Positions 40,486-54,240 of a DNA stretch of 64,000 nucleotides are shown here, in pieces. Position numbers and translations under genes: made by a program. The stretch comes from Folioceros fuciformis. Lineage: Eukaryota. Within the stretch, counting starts at the first letter, position 1; each line of letters opens with the position of its first letter. The notes under the pieces are model-generated. The model ran no database searches, was not told the DNA's origin, and worked only from the letters and a program-made list of their open reading frames with translations. The stretch lies in assembly GCA_049999805.1 (NCBI GenBank), contig JBNGIO010006289.1, forward strand, positions 601,141 to 665,140. Direction: 5' to 3'.

Positions 40486-43009
40486 TCAGACATCGATCAG
40501 TTCCTTGCAATCGTCCCCAACTTGAGATTGGAGAGCTTGGACATCCACCTCTGCGAATCTAAGCTGGAGTTCGTTTTGCATTCGCTCCACCACAAACCTC
40601 TCCTTATCAGTTATGATGCTCGTGACAGTCCCTGGCTTCTCTTCGATGGGCATGCGGCCGGTTCGTCCCGCTCTGTGCACGTAGTCTGTGACGTTTGCTG
40701 GAAGATCCACGTTGTAAATGTGGCTCACTTCTGGCAAATCAAGGCCCCTAGCTGCAATGTCCGTAGCCACTAAAACACACCTGCCTTCTCTAAATTCCTG
40801 CACCACAGAGAAGCGGGTTTGCATAACCTTGTCCGAAGAAAAGGTAGTCCTTCATCACATGACAAGAGCGAGTACAGGTCTTACCGCTAAACTGAATGTA
40901 CGAGCATTTATGTTAGCCTCTTCCTCCAGCACTACAGGCTCCCATTTGTTCGCATCTTTGCACCCACTGGTTGCCTCCGATAAGAAATGCTGAACAGCAG
41001 CAGTCATTGGCAGATCGCCAGATCTTCTTGCCTTCTCGGACTGACAAATTTGTTGCAGAATACAATTTGGATGTGAGAGAGCTGAAAGCATGCATGTTTG
41101 CGGTTTAGTAGGGCTCTTCTCGGCACACCTGTTCGTTGACAAAAACAATGGCAGCTGTGGGTGCGTCGGCAGTAAGCAGTGCAAATAGGGTGTCCAGCTT
41201 TGCCTCTTTAGATGTTACCTACGAATAAGCAACAATTGTGAGACTAATCCCACTGAGCGAACCAGGAGAACAAAGGCAAGAAAGATACCAGGAATCTGTG
41301 CTTCAGATACTTTGGGATCTTTATTTCAGGAGATACATGAATGTGGAGAAGATCACCCTGAGACAAAATGCATGACAGATTCTCAGAAGTCGGCCCACAT
41401 TAACCCTGACGGAACGTGAGGTCCACAACATGACTCTAAAGGTGCAGCCGTAAGACACGACGAAAATTTAGATACCTTGGTCCATTTGTTTTGTATGCAG
41501 TCTTTGACAAAGCGGTTGTGCTGAGGAATCGTCGCACTGGCAAACATGGTCTGCCGTTTCTGTGGCAAGGTGTGTACAGTCAACAGCTTCCCAAGAAGTT
41601 GGCTATCTTTTGCAGCACCTATCATGGCATCCACCTACGCAGAACATTTTCCTCAGAATTGACAGGGGTTCACAGTCAAACCAGACGCTGATCACCCATG
41701 TCAAATATGATGCCAATATGGTGGAGCGGGGTGAATCACCTCATCAATGACGACAAATGACACTGCACCAGTCCGCAGTGCCTCAATGGAGATCATGCGA
41801 GAGATGGCTGGTAGTGTTCCAACAATAAGTTGGGGAGGATCGGCCTGGAATACAACCGCGGAGATTTAGAGTAATGACCATGAAAGCATTTCAAAAGCTT
41901 GAGATGAACTCCGAAGGGTTTTCAAAGATCACATAGGCAGCTGAGAAAACAAAGCATTGTAGTCAACAAACAAAACCTTCAGCCAAGTTTTCTGCCGACT
42001 AGTAGAGCCTCCATCCAACAGGGCCATCACACTAACGACACTTTTCTCTGCAGGCCTCCCTGCAAGCTCTCCTGCCCCTCTACCTGCCAGCAGTCTTGCT
42101 ACCTTAGCAACCTGCGTCACTTCACTCAAGAACAGTGGTCATGCACTACCAGGAAAACAAAAGGCATTCAAGATAAAGCATCCAGCACCACGAGGTGAAT
42201 TCTTCTCTCACAACTCGTGAATTTGATTCCCACATACCTGCATCCCGAGCTCTCTGGTGGGAACGACCACCAAAGCTTGGACTGCAGCTCGGCTGGGGTT
42301 GATTTTCGAGAGGATAGGGAGCAAATATGCAAATGTCTTCCCGGAACCTGTCTGCACATGCAGCGCTGAGGTTAGAGTGATGCTGACGATGACATCCAGC
42401 CATCATTCCTTGCAAGTTAGATAAGTCACTGGAAGAATATGTGGAGCACCTGCTCAACATCGAGCAATTCTGACCTGTGCATGAATTACACAATCTCGGC
42501 CAGAGAGTAGAACAGGAAGCACTTCACGTTGAACAGGTGTGGGGAATTTAAATCCCACTTCTTCTGCCCTGATAGACCAAGGTTGAAACCAACAGTCTCA
42601 GACAGAGGTATGAAAACCCTGCCACAACCAGGGACACCCGACAGACATGTAGAGTGAATCCACTCAACCCAGCAGTGGACAGTCCAAGTCATCAACCTGG
42701 GAAAGAGCTTCCAAGGACCATGCCATAAACTGACCTCTGCAAAAGATCCTGTGGTACTTGATCAGAGTATAATTCCGTCAGCGTCATTATTGGACCTGCG
42801 GTTGCCCTAGGCAAATTCAAAACATTCCACTTTCGCAGGCAGCCCATATTAGAGCTGGATTTGCCAGCTTTTAGAACCACTCCGTTGAAACTGGAGACCC
42901 CAGGTCTGATTGAGCTGATGCAGATCCCAAATGCGCGCGGCCTGGAAAGAAGCCCTCCCAATCCCATTTCCATGCTTGGTCTCGTTCCAGCGAATCCCGG
43001 AGTACACAT
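40486..43009 (-). CDS. RH58: DEAD-box ATP-dependent RNA helicase, RH58-like (plastid), multi-exon
   Basis: [61 protein letters not shown] and [11 protein letters not shown]. Start is either 43009 or 42973. Confidence 0.85.
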
Positions 43010-43649
43010 GATTCGCTACTTGGAGAAATTCACACACACCATGACAAGCATGCTGCCACGACGCCTCCAATTCCTACCGATTGTCTGCAGTGGCTTTCTG
43101 CTTAAGAGGCCGTGCCTCTTATAACAGTTTAACTCTGCTTGCCTTGACTAACTGCATTGTGTTTTGAGAGAGGAGCCACTATGTTTGTTCCGCTCACCAC
43201 AAGCCATACACATAGTCACACGACTACTTGAAACGCAGAATGCCGTGGGAAACTTGAGTCTCTTTGTTTGTGAAGGTCATCTGTTAGTCTACTCGTCACA
43301 TCGCCCTCTCGCATCCTGATTCGCCCCGCCACAATTCACAACGATTTATTAAATGAGTGATCAATGTATGTATGTGAGCAAAAAGTATGCTGACATGCGA
43401 AGTCCAGTGAGTGGCATCCGCCACCTCCAAGTGAGACAGGAAAGGAATTTTCAGGGAAAGTTGGATCGGAGGTCTCCGATGTTCCCTGGACCCAAGTTAG
43501 GAAGGGGGCTTTGAGCTGGCAGAGCCTGACTTGCGATTGGATGGGAGTCCAGGTGGTAGACGACGTTTATCGTGGAATTTGCAATCCAACAATTGGTTTC
43601 GGATTTCTCTTCAGCCTGGCCGTGTGAAGCGTAGCGTAGCTGCGTGAGC

Positions 43650-46600
43650 ATGGGCTGGGGCGGTGCCTTTGTGAGGCAGATCAGTGTCTTCTGGGTAGCT
43701 CTGGTTGTGTTTTTGGATTACAAGGTGCGTTCCTGCTAGGTCAAATGTTGCCAATTTCCTTGAGGTTTGGCTTCCAGGTATTGAGTTGATCTTGCTATGG
43801 GTCACAATTCGGGGCTGATTCTTTCGTTGGTGATTAACGTTGTGGAAGCTGTTGTGGAGCAGTGTACACAAAAATGGGACGCCTGGACTCGCGAATCCCA
43901 GAAAGAAAGGCTTTGGGAGAGCACCCACATTCGGAACTCCAAGCGGGTGTTGCGCGTTATAACTAGACTGACAGGACTGTGGGTGAAGGCTGGCCAGTAT
44001 TTGTCAACAAGGGCAGATGTTTTGCCTGAGCCTTACATCATTTGTTTGCGTGTGCTCCAAGATTCACTGCCTCCACGGCCACTGTCTGAGGTGACAGTCA
44101 AACTGCGCTTCCTGTGTTGTGGTCTGGACAGCTCACACGTAGAGGATGCTGGCTCACACGTAGAGGATGCTGTCCTGGGTTGCAGGTCTATGGTACTGTG
44201 GAGAAGGAGCTGGGTAAGCCAGTTTCGGATCTCTTCCCAAATTTTGTTGACACACCAATCGCCACAGCTTCGGTAACCACTGGAGACCATTCATTTATTT
44301 GCAAATCTGGGCTTCTTGTAGCCTCCTCCCAGGTTGTGTTGCTTCACGTTCACAGCTGGTATGCTTGGCTCTTGTTCAGATTGCACAGGTTCATCGAGCA
44401 TCGACGAAAGACGGTTTGGATGTTGTTGTCAAAGTGCAGCATGCGGGTGTAAAGAAAATCATTTTGCAGGTTGGTTGCCAGCCCCTTGTGCCACATACAG
44501 AGAAACAGTGCTGCTGGGAGTGCTGAGAATCTAGGTTGATGACTGCAGGATCTAAAAAATGCTCGGACCATCATCAAATGGATAGCATGGGCGGAGCCTC
44601 AGTACGACTTTGGCCCAGTTATTGACGAGTGGTGCGCAGAAGTCCCGAAAGAACTTGATTTTAATCTAGAAGCTGGTATTGTGCCAGGGCTGTTGTTGTT
44701 TTCCCTGTTCCTACATCTCCTAGGCCCCGAAAGATGCGAAGCATACAACTGTTGCCGGGCAGCTATATCCCCTCCTGTTTTTGCAATATGCAGATGGTTC
44801 GGTCATGATCCTTTGAACCGATCATACTTATGCAGCTGCGTTGATGACTTTCAGAAAGTACGCGCAAGGTTGCAAGCAATTTGGATTTTAAAAACACCTC
44901 TAGCTCATTCAAGAGTCAAGTTGACATTCTGGTTCCCCATGTTATTCAGGTAATATTTCCTGTTAAATTATCATGGCTTTAGAGCTTCAGTCATGCATGC
45001 TGCAAGCTGACCATTTTGTTGTCTGATTGCAGTCGACTGAGAAGGTTTTGGTGCTGGAGTACATGGATGGAGTGCGCCTGAATGATGTTGCAGCTCTGGA
45101 TTCGCTAGGCGTCGACAGGCAACATCTTGTGGAAACAATAACACGATGTTATGCCCATCAGATTTACATAGATGGATTTTTCAATGCAGACCCTCATCCA
45201 GGTAACAGTTAGTCTACATGCTTGGTTATTGTGACATCTTGTCCATTCAAGTGACCTGTTTCTCTGTGAAAATCAAGTGACCTGTTTCTCCGTGTAAATA
45301 GGGAATTTCCTGGTTAGTCGGCAGCCACCATTCAAGCCCGTTCTTTTGGACTTTGGGTTGACAAAGTCTTTGAACTTTGCTACCAAGCAGGCATTTGCCA
45401 AGATGCTCTTGGCGTGTGCAGAGGTCAGCTGTTTGGCATCCTCCCTTCGTTCGTTTTGTAATTTTCACCTCATGTTGCAATGTACTGAAACATGGATTAT
45501 GATCTTGTTTTGAATATATAAATAGGGAGACTATTCAGCTCTCTTGTCAGCTTTCTCTGAGATGGGATTAAAGTTAAGGCTCGATCTTCCTGAGGAGGCT
45601 ATGGAAGTCACAACCTTCTTTTTCCGCCGTTCTATGCCTGCAAAGGAATCTTTTGTATGTCACCAGCCCATGTCACATGTTTTGTGCCTTATCCGCACAA
45701 CGTTCGATATGTATATATCAATCAGATGCTGACTAGTTGGAGGTGGTTAAAACAGGATAATTTGCCGAACTGGAGCAAGGAACGAGAAGAGCGATTGAAA
45801 CGAATTCAGGAGAAAGCGCAACTGGAGGAGAAAGGGAAAACTATCCGAAATCCTGTATGGTCCACACCTACAGCAAATATCCGGTTGCTGATTAATTTAG
45901 TTGTCTTGCTACAGTACAGAATGTGAACTGCTGGTAGAGTCCTGGTTAATGCGTTTTGTGCTATCCCTTTGAGTCCGCCGTTGGACATGCCCGACCTGAT
46001 GGTTGGGGTCAAGGGGATCGATGGACTATGCTTCATATCGGGGCACCTGATGCTTTGAATGACCAGGAGAGCATAGGAGGCTGAACATTTCATGACAGTG
46101 TGGAACTGATCCAGACATGATTGGCCTGCAGGTAGATGCTTTCCCAGGTGATGCTGTGTTCTTCATGCGAGTTCTGAATCTCCTTCGTGGTAAGAAGCTT
46201 TGCGGACAGACAGATGTGTGATGCAGCTTGTGAAAGTTGGATCTGCGACCCTGTGACCTTCAGGTGAATGTTGGCCTTGCTGACTCCAGACTTGGACTTA
46301 AATGTCCACTCCTGTACAGGTCTATCAGCAAGTCTTAACACTCACGTTGTGTATCTGGACATAATGAAGCCATTTGCAGAGGTTGCTTTGTCAAGGTATT
46401 TGAGCAACACCTTATCTAAAGGTGGTTAAGGTCATTGACGCGTGATGTGAAACGGGTGCTACCAGGTGCTCAGGCTTCGCAGGCTTGGGTTTCTGACAGC
46501 AGCACCCTGATTCTGCTTCGTTTTCAGCAGCATAATTCAACAAGGAGGTGGCAATCAATTAGATCGCAACAGCTGGGTGTATGCGACACCTTCCAAATCA

Positions 46601-48592
46601 GAAACCGAAGACAGAGTACGAAGCTTGTTGCGGGAGTTGGGTCGTCAGCAACGCGTTTTGGGCATTCAGGTTGGATGCTACTTCGGATCTCAGAACCTCC
46701 AAACCATGCACTTCTTTTTTTATCGCTGTTTACGGTCTTCACGTAGTATGAGTGTCTATTGTTGGCGTAAGATGTCTGAAGGAGGTTTCATGTTCATGTG
46801 TAGGTCTGTGTCTATAAAGATGGGAAAGTTATCATTGACACAGCTGCTGGGGTACTCGGAAAGTTTGACCCCAGGCCAGTTCAACCCGACAGTTTGTTTC
46901 CAGCCTTTTCCACAACTAAAGGGGTGACAGCTGGGCTCGTCCACTGGCTCCTTGATCATGGGTAAATCTTCATTGTTTGTTGGTACGGATGACAGCTTCA
47001 AGGGCAATTTACGTGCTGGTGCCTAATGTGGGTGTTGGCTTGTACACCAGGGCTCTGAATTTGGGTGATAAGGTGTCTGACTTGTGGCCAGAGTTTGGCG
47101 TGAACGGAAAAGAAAGTTGCACGGTACGGAAACCTTCTACGTCGCCGTGGATGATGGTATGGAGTCACTCAGTTTCGGTGATGTTGGCGAACTTGTTTGT
47201 TTGATGCAGGTCGCACATGTTCTTAATCATACAGCGGGTTTACAAAATGCTCTCTCGGAGGTGATGAAGGCAGAACCCCTTGTGATCTGCAACTTTGAAG
47301 ATTGTGTAAGTCGGATTGCAGCAGCAGAGCCAGCAAGCCCACCTGGTAGTCAACAGACTTATCATGCGATGTCATTTGGCTGGATTTGTGGAGGCATCAT
47401 CGAGGTACTGGAATCAACTGGGATTGCCCTGTTGTGTAAGAGGATGGGTGCTCGTTCTTGTGAAATCCTGGAACAAAGCATTTTACTTGTGACCGGCGAG
47501 ATCTTAGGATGATTGACTGTCAAATGCAGAGGGCATCCAAGAAGTCGTTTAAAGATTTCTTGGAGCAGACATTCACGAAACCATTGGGAGTCTCTGGGGA
47601 ATTCTACATAGGCATCCCACCCGGTAAGCCATGTGTCTGTGGGGAAAGCTTCCGGTGCTCTGCAAATTCTTCCACTGACCAGTCATATTCTCTTGTTCCT
47701 GACAGGGGTAGAATCTCGTCTGGCGTCGCTCACCCTTGACAGTGAGGAGCTGAAAAGGATCTTGACGCAGGACCAAGCTGCAGCAGCTATGAAGCGTTTC
47801 ATGGGAAATGGCCTCTCAACATCGGCTGGAGCTGAGCATGAGGAGGAGAAGCAGGAGCCATCCGCAGCAGCGGCACCGCCGTCCCTCTTCCTGCAAAGTA
47901 GAGTAGGAGACATGGGTGGTGTCCTCTCTTCTGCAGTGACCCTTTTCAATGCTTTGTTCATCCGACGAGCAGTGGTGCCTGCTGCTAATGGTCACTTCTC
48001 GGCCAGAGCACTAGCTCGTTTTTATGCAATGCTGGCAGCTGGGGGTAAGATTCCAGAAACTTCGTCATCAAGCGAGCCTCCATTAGGCAGCCACTCACAG
48101 GTGCCGTCAGTATCACCCGCCAGCGGCAAGAAGCGGGAGCGAGGATCTGGGAAAAGCAGCTCACGAACCTCCACTCCCGGGGACACAACGGGGGTAGCAT
48201 CGGAGGACTCGAAGCAGCTGTTCTCCAGCCCCAAGATCTTTCACGCAGCTGCGGGCACAGGGGAGTTCAGCCATCATGTAGTGAAAGGAGGGCAATTCGG
48301 ACTTGGGTTTATCCGCCTTCCCTCGGAGACGTCTGGCGATGAAGAGGGGGTGTTGCCGTTCGGACATTCCGGCATGGGAGGCAGCACAGCCTTCTGTGAT
48401 CCTGAGCACAACTTCGCCATAGCCATCACGCTGAACAGGCTCAATCGTGGCGACGTGGCCGGGGAGATTGTGCGACTGGTTTGCAGGGAGCTAGGCATCC
48501 CGTGTCCACTCCGCTTTGCAGAAGGAGCAAATCGCGGCGTAGACATGACACTAGAGTTGGAGGCAGGTGTGGGCACAGACGCCATCGTCTAA
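43650..48592 (+). CDS. ABC1/UbiB atypical kinase fused to a C-terminal beta-lactamase-family domain, multi-exon
   Basis: MGWG start, GLWVKAGQYLSTRADVLP, PIATASIAQVHRA, VVVKVQH, PKELDFNLEA, LVLEYMDG, GFFNADPHPGNFLV, LLDFGLTK; then FSTTK (SxxK), YHAMSFG and FGHSGMGGS. This architecture matches the known plant ABC1K-beta-lactamase fusion. Confidence 0.94.
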
Positions 48593-48943
48593 GTCCAGTC
48601 GCATGTAACAGGGCATTTCCATAAGTTCCGTGTGTGATTTCTTGAGCAGTCCGTGTCCGCAGTTGTCCATCTCCTTGAGGTGAAGGCGCACTGAGTCAGG
48701 CTGGTTTGCGATGTTGATTTGTCGCTGGTGCTATGGCATCTATCCGGAAGGTAAAGTGCGTCAAAGGACAGGTTGTTGCTTCCTGGTTGCGCTCTTGGAC
48801 AAATATAGATAGATGGTAGCTCGGTGCTACAGTGGTGTGCAATTACGGGCACGTTATCTCGCCTTGCATTCCTCATCAGCAGCTGCTGCTGCATTCGGTG
48901 AGTCTGGTAGGGCCTGCCTGTGGATCCCTCCAATTCCGCAGCC

Positions 48944-50317
48944 ATGGCCGGGGAAGGCGAGGAAGATTTGATGCAACTGGACGAGCCGGGGGACGTGGAA
49001 AGGGTGCAGACGTTGGTGGAGATGGGCGTAACTCGAATTCCGCGCAGGTTTATCAGGCCTCTGGAAGAGCGACACGACGAGGCACTGGTGGATTGGAGCG
49101 GGGCGATCCCGGTGATCGATCTCGCGGGCTTCGAGGGAGGGGCCGCCCGTGCGAGAGTGAGGCGGGAGGTAGGCCAGGCTTGCGAGGAATGGGGGTTTTT
49201 CCAGGTGGTGAACCACGGGGTGCCGCAGCGGGTGATGGAGGAGACGTTCCGCGTGGGACTGGGATTCTTCGCCCTGTCCAGCCAGGAGAAACTGCAGTAC
49301 GCTCGGGACCCCGGCGGCTTCGCTACGGAGGGCTATGGCAACCGGATGCTGGTGCAGGAGGAGCAGGTAGGGCTTGCGCGGCGTCCGCATGCATGCAGAA
49401 ATGCAGAAACCGGGGTTGATGCCATGAGGTAGCTTTGCCGTGTCCCAGGTGCTGGATTGGAGAGACTACGTTGATCACCACACCCTGCCCTTCTCGAGAA
49501 GGAACGAGAACAACTGGCCCGACAAGCCTGCCGGCTACAGGTGGGCTACGACAAAGCTCTGCTTTCTAATCCAGCAATTCGATTGCTTGGCATGATGTCC
49601 CACGGCCTTGCCCCTGACACTGAGTGGACAGGGAGGCCATCGTGGAGTACAGCGACCACACCAGGCGTCTGGCCGAAAGGCTTCTGGCTGTAATCTCGGA
49701 GAGTCTGGGGCTGTCGTCATCTGCCGTGGCTGATGCGATAGGAGAGCCCGTCCAGAACGTGAGCATCAACTACTACCCGGCCTGCCCCCAACCCGATCTG
49801 ACCCTGGGACTGCAGTCTCACTCGGATTTCGGAGCCATCACTCTCCTCATCCAAGACGAGGTTGGTGGACTTCAGGTAGCCAAGGACGCGCACTGGGTGG
49901 CTGTGCCTCCAGTGCCCCATGCGTTCGTGGTGAATCTGGGAGATCAGATGCAGGTACACACATCCAATCCAGCATTTCTTGTCTTCCCTGACTTTGCTTG
50001 AGCACTTGGTAAGTAGGTTTAGGGCAGGTGGTGCGGGATAACAAACCCTGTCGGTGCCGCAGATATTGTCTAATGACAGGTTCAATAGCGTGGAGCACCG
50101 TGCTGTGGTGAACGGCAAGCGGCCTCGGATGTCGGTGGCGACGTTCTATGATCCGTCTAGGGAGCGCAAGATCGCACCCTTGCGAGAACTAGTCGGGCAG
50201 GGGCAACGCCCTCGTTACAGGGAGATCGTGTTCGGGGATCACGTTACCGCTTGGTACTCCAAGGGTCCTTACGGCAAGAAGAATTTGGATTCTCTAGCAG
50301 TAGCCGGCTATTCGTGA
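48944..50317 (+). CDS. 2-oxoglutarate/Fe(II)-dependent dioxygenase (DOXC type), 5 exons
   Basis: RVQTLVEMG, IPVIDL, ACEEWGFFQVVNHGVP, EGYGNRML, VLDWRDYVDHHTLP, NYYPACPQPDLTLGLQSHSDFGAITLL, VEHRAVVN and RMSVATFYDP. Confidence 0.94.
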
Positions 50318-51225
50318 CGTCGAAGGATCAGTTCTAATGTAAATAAACCAAGACTGTGTGTACAAGAGAAGTAAATGGAGGTTTTTATACAGTATATTGG
50401 AAGGAGGGTTTAGGGTACAGGTTGGTTGGTTGGGTGAGGCCATCATCGTCACCCAGGCTCCCAAGCTTCACAGAAAAAAATAATACAGAGGTCTGTGTCC
50501 GGTCTCCACGATTCCCGCACCCTCTTTTATCAGCATCCCCGCGTGTGTTGGAAGGAACTTTCCAGCCCGGCCCGGGAAGTCGTGCCAATGCGAACACTCC
50601 TTGCGTGACCTGACATGCATGAAACAGGGCTCTAATAAGGCCTCGAAATCCTGGACTGAAAGAGTGTAGATAGTTCAAGTATAAGATGTGTTGAGAAACG
50701 AAACGACTGTCAGTCCTCCCCCCTGTTAAAAATCATTCGGCGGGGTCTGGGTCAGTTCAAGTCAAGGAAAGTGAGGGGGTAGGGGACGCTTGTAATGAGG
50801 AGCGTGGGCGTGGTACTTGTTGGTGAAGGTTCACAGCTGCTGTGGTGTCCTGCCTGCTTGGAATTTGGAGCCAAGCTAGATACCTTGAGCAATCATCCAT
50901 GATATCCATATACATATACTACCCGACCCAGTTGTACCTGAGAAAACGATCCCAGACTGTCCGCCGTGTGGACTCCGCGGTGGAACTCCGCCCGGAGACA
51001 CAGGTACAGGTACAGACACAGGCACAGGCGCAGGCAAAGGCGATGTCAGTCACCTCTTTTCAGATCTGCGGGAGGCCTTAGAGCCGTAAGCTGGACCATC
51101 TCCGCAAGGCAGGGCCGCATTCCTTGGGCGCGCGCGCGGACGTCGACCTGACCTGTCGCCCGTCTGTCTCCGTGTGGAGTGCGGAGATTGGCCAGGCGGC
51201 AGGATCTGGCCTTCAAGTCGCTAAC

Positions 51226-52810
51226 ATGACTACAGAGCTTCCGTGGACGGAGGCTGCTGCCAGGCCCAGGGCGTGGTGGAGGACCATCTTGAATCTATTC
51301 CTGTCTCTGTGTGTGCTTGTCTGGATCGCCTTCGGTTTCCTCACGGTTTTAGGCGTTTATGACTTGAATTCCGGCCTGCGCGGCGAGGTTTTGCCTCGTC
51401 TACTCTGGCTGGATCGTGGGGTTGTTGGCAACGTGTATGAGGAATCACTCCGGGGACTGCAGCAAGTAAGTTTTGTTCCAGCATGTTTGGGCGTCCTATT
51501 ACCTGCCCTGCTCAATTGGGCGGTTTGGGGCAGGCCTGCTAGCGTCAGGATTGCTTCCGAATCGCCTCCTCTCACAAGGTTTCTTTGGTGTGTTTCCGAA
51601 ACGACAGGCACGTGAGACACCTCCCAGGGGGCCTCGTGTGGCAATCTGCCTTGTGGGTGGAGCTCGAGCATTCGAGCTGACAGGGCCTACAATTAAGAAG
51701 TATGTTTTTGATGTCTATCACGATGCTGATATCTTCCTCCACTCCCCCCTGGACGACGATGCTCATAAGTTCACTCTCCTGAGTGGTACCAAAAACCTTG
51801 CAGCTGCTCGAATCTTCAAACCTGAACGCATTCCGCCTTCCCGGGCCCCTCAAGGACTGCTTATGGCCGCCAATTCTCCAAACGGAACTCAGGTATACTT
51901 CGCCACCTGGGCCGGACACACTTCTTCAGAATTGCTCAATGTGGTACATGTAGGACAGGCAAGACCACAAGTCTCGGTTTGCAACAGCAGCTCACAGCTT
52001 TTTGTGGGATATTTGCTCTGGCAGGGTCTGTTGCAATATTTCTCCCTGGTGGAAGGATGCATAGACATGATTAAAGGCTACCAAGATACACACAACGTGA
52101 CCTACGACTGGATAGTGAGGACAAGGGTGGATACCTTCTGGAACAACGCTCTTCCGCCTATAACTTCCTTCAACAACCAGTCTTACACGGTGCCATACGG
52201 TTCCCAATATGGAGGACTGAACGACAGGCTGGGGATCGGAACATGGAGGACCAGCGAAGCCGCATTAGCGAGAGTCAGTCTTCTGCCAGCCCTCCATTCA
52301 CACGGCTACTCGAGCCTTAACTCTGAGACAGCGTTCAAGTTGCAGCTGTCGGTGTCCAACGTATCACACGAGACACGACTTTTCCCTTTCTGTGTGTTGA
52401 GCCGCAGAACGTATGGTTGGCCTTCCACGCCTCTCGGTGTTCCTGTGGCATCCATTCTGTCCAGGGGACCACTGAACGGCGCCAAGTGCAGACCCTGCAC
52501 GCCAGCAGTCACGGGTATTGCAGCCCGGCGGATAGCGGACGACCTGAGCAAGACATGGGGCTGGATAGGGCCATTCAACTCCACGCAGGACTTGCAGCTA
52601 TGTGAGGCAGGAGGAGACTGGGACTCGAACTGGCAGGCCGTGTACTCTGAAGCTCTTGGCCAGCCAGATCATTTTTATGACAGGCAAATGCTCTACAACA
52701 GGACTGCTTCGAGCTGTGTAGAGGACGTGGAAGCTCTCATGGCAGAATGGGACTCTTGGACGGCACCGTCACCCGAGGAAATTTGCAAGGCAGCCCGACC
52801 ACGTCGATGA
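51226..52810 (+). CDS. Membrane-anchored plant protein of unknown function (type II topology), 3 exons
   Basis: Exon 1 (51226-51465) has a single hydrophobic segment; exons ~51608-51892 and 52025-52810 encode RVAICLVGGARAFELTGP, NSPNGTQGLLQYFSLVEGC, YDWIVRTRVD, YGGLNDRLGIG and GPLNGAKCRPC, recalled as a conserved uncharacterised plant family. Confidence 0.8.
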
Positions 52811-53039
52811 CTCAGAGATGGAGGGCGAAGGAAGAGAAATCCGGAGGACTGTAACTTGTAAGCATGAGGCTCTTCGATCTGTCAGCCCATATACCTCCAG
52901 TGTTTAGTCCGCATTGGCGTTCACGCCACGTGAGGAGCGGCACGCCCGTGGCCTTGCCCTCGGATGTTGCAGGAAGCTTAAAGTAAGACTCCGTGGCGGG
53001 AGCCAGATTTTTGTGTTCGTCCGCAACGCAAGGAGGAGC

Positions 53040-54240
53040 TGTGACGGGCGTGAAGTCGCTAGTGGTCGAAGGGCTCCACAGCCAGGAGTCTAAAACAATA
53101 TGTGAGGCCCAATTCGGAACGGCTGGAGGTGACGGAGCTGCATGGGGTAGAGCTGCTGGTAATTGATCTCTCTTCCTTCAAGATGAATGGCCCTTCCAAG
53201 TCTGAGGCAGATGCCTCCCTGTTCGCGAAGCATCAGACCTGTAAAGAAGAGGGGAATTTTCCTAGGACGAGTCCGGGCTCGCTCCTCCTCGATTTTTTCC
53301 TTCTCGGTTTGCGTGCGGGCGGTTTGCCGGGATGCAGACCTGAACCATGGCGTGCCGGTGGGCTTCGATGGACACAGGATGTCGCAGCTGGCACGCGACT
53401 TCTTCGCGCTTACTCTGGAGGAGATTCAAGCAGAAGTTGGAGCTGCAGCCCGGGCAGCACGTTTTCGTGGGTAAATTCGGAACCTAGCAAGGCCGCTGTG
53501 CTGGATTGGAAAGACGTTTTGAGGCGCTTTTTTCCCGCGACCTGGCAGTCGGACCAGGGCGCATGGCCGGGCGAGCCCCGTCTCTACAGGTGACCTTCGG
53601 AATCGTGATCGACCCGCTCTGAACATCCCTTGGCGCACAGTGGACAAGCCCGTTGTCTGACGCGTTTGAAGCCACCACGGTACGCTTCCGAAATGAAATG
53701 ACAGCATTGGCCAAAAAGGTGCTGTCGTTCATGGCGCTGAACTTGGGGCTTCCAGGACACACCTTCTCTATGAAGAACTCGGGGCCCTCGAACAACACGT
53801 GCACCTTGTGGACCATCCCGAGGGCCCAGAGCCGGATGTCGCCCTGAGGATCAAGAGTCACGCGGACTTGGGACCCAGGCAGGCCTTTGTCATCAACATC
53901 GGAAATGCATGGCAGGCGAGTTCGTCCCAAACCATTCCGCTTACGTTTCCTGCATTCCCGAGAGGACGGATGATAGTTTAACGAGCATTTATGGATGCAC
54001 TGCGAATGTGCAAGCCATCACAAACGATACATATCCCAGCGTGGATCACGGGGCAGTAGTGAATGTGAGGAAGGCTCGGTTGCATATCGTCACTTTCCAC
54101 ACTCCGGAGCCAAGCCACGTCAGAGCCCCTGCATCTGCCCTAATCCCACAAGAAGAAGCTGCACGAACTCGAAGTTTCATTTCTGGGTAGCATCTGAGGG
54201 CGGTGTATGCGAAGGGACCGACCGGAATGGGAAAAAAAAT
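53040..54240 (+). pseudogene. Degenerate 2OG-Fe(II) dioxygenase pseudogene
   Basis: Colinear DOXC fragments in shifting frames: GVKSLVVEG, YVRPNSER, LLVIDLS, NHGVP, ARDFFAL, VLDWKDVL, WPGEPRLYR, LSFMALNLGL, EPDVALRIKSHADLG, AFVINIGNAWQ, ITNDTYPSVDHGAVVN. The LLLQDEVGGLQ segment is missing and RxS is replaced by RLH. Confidence 0.8.

Noticed and set aside
37906-48592. Beta-lactamase genes as recent bacterial HGT or antibiotic-resistance genes
   Set aside because: Both contain multiple spliceosomal introns, and the ABC1K-beta-lactamase fusion is a known plant gene architecture.
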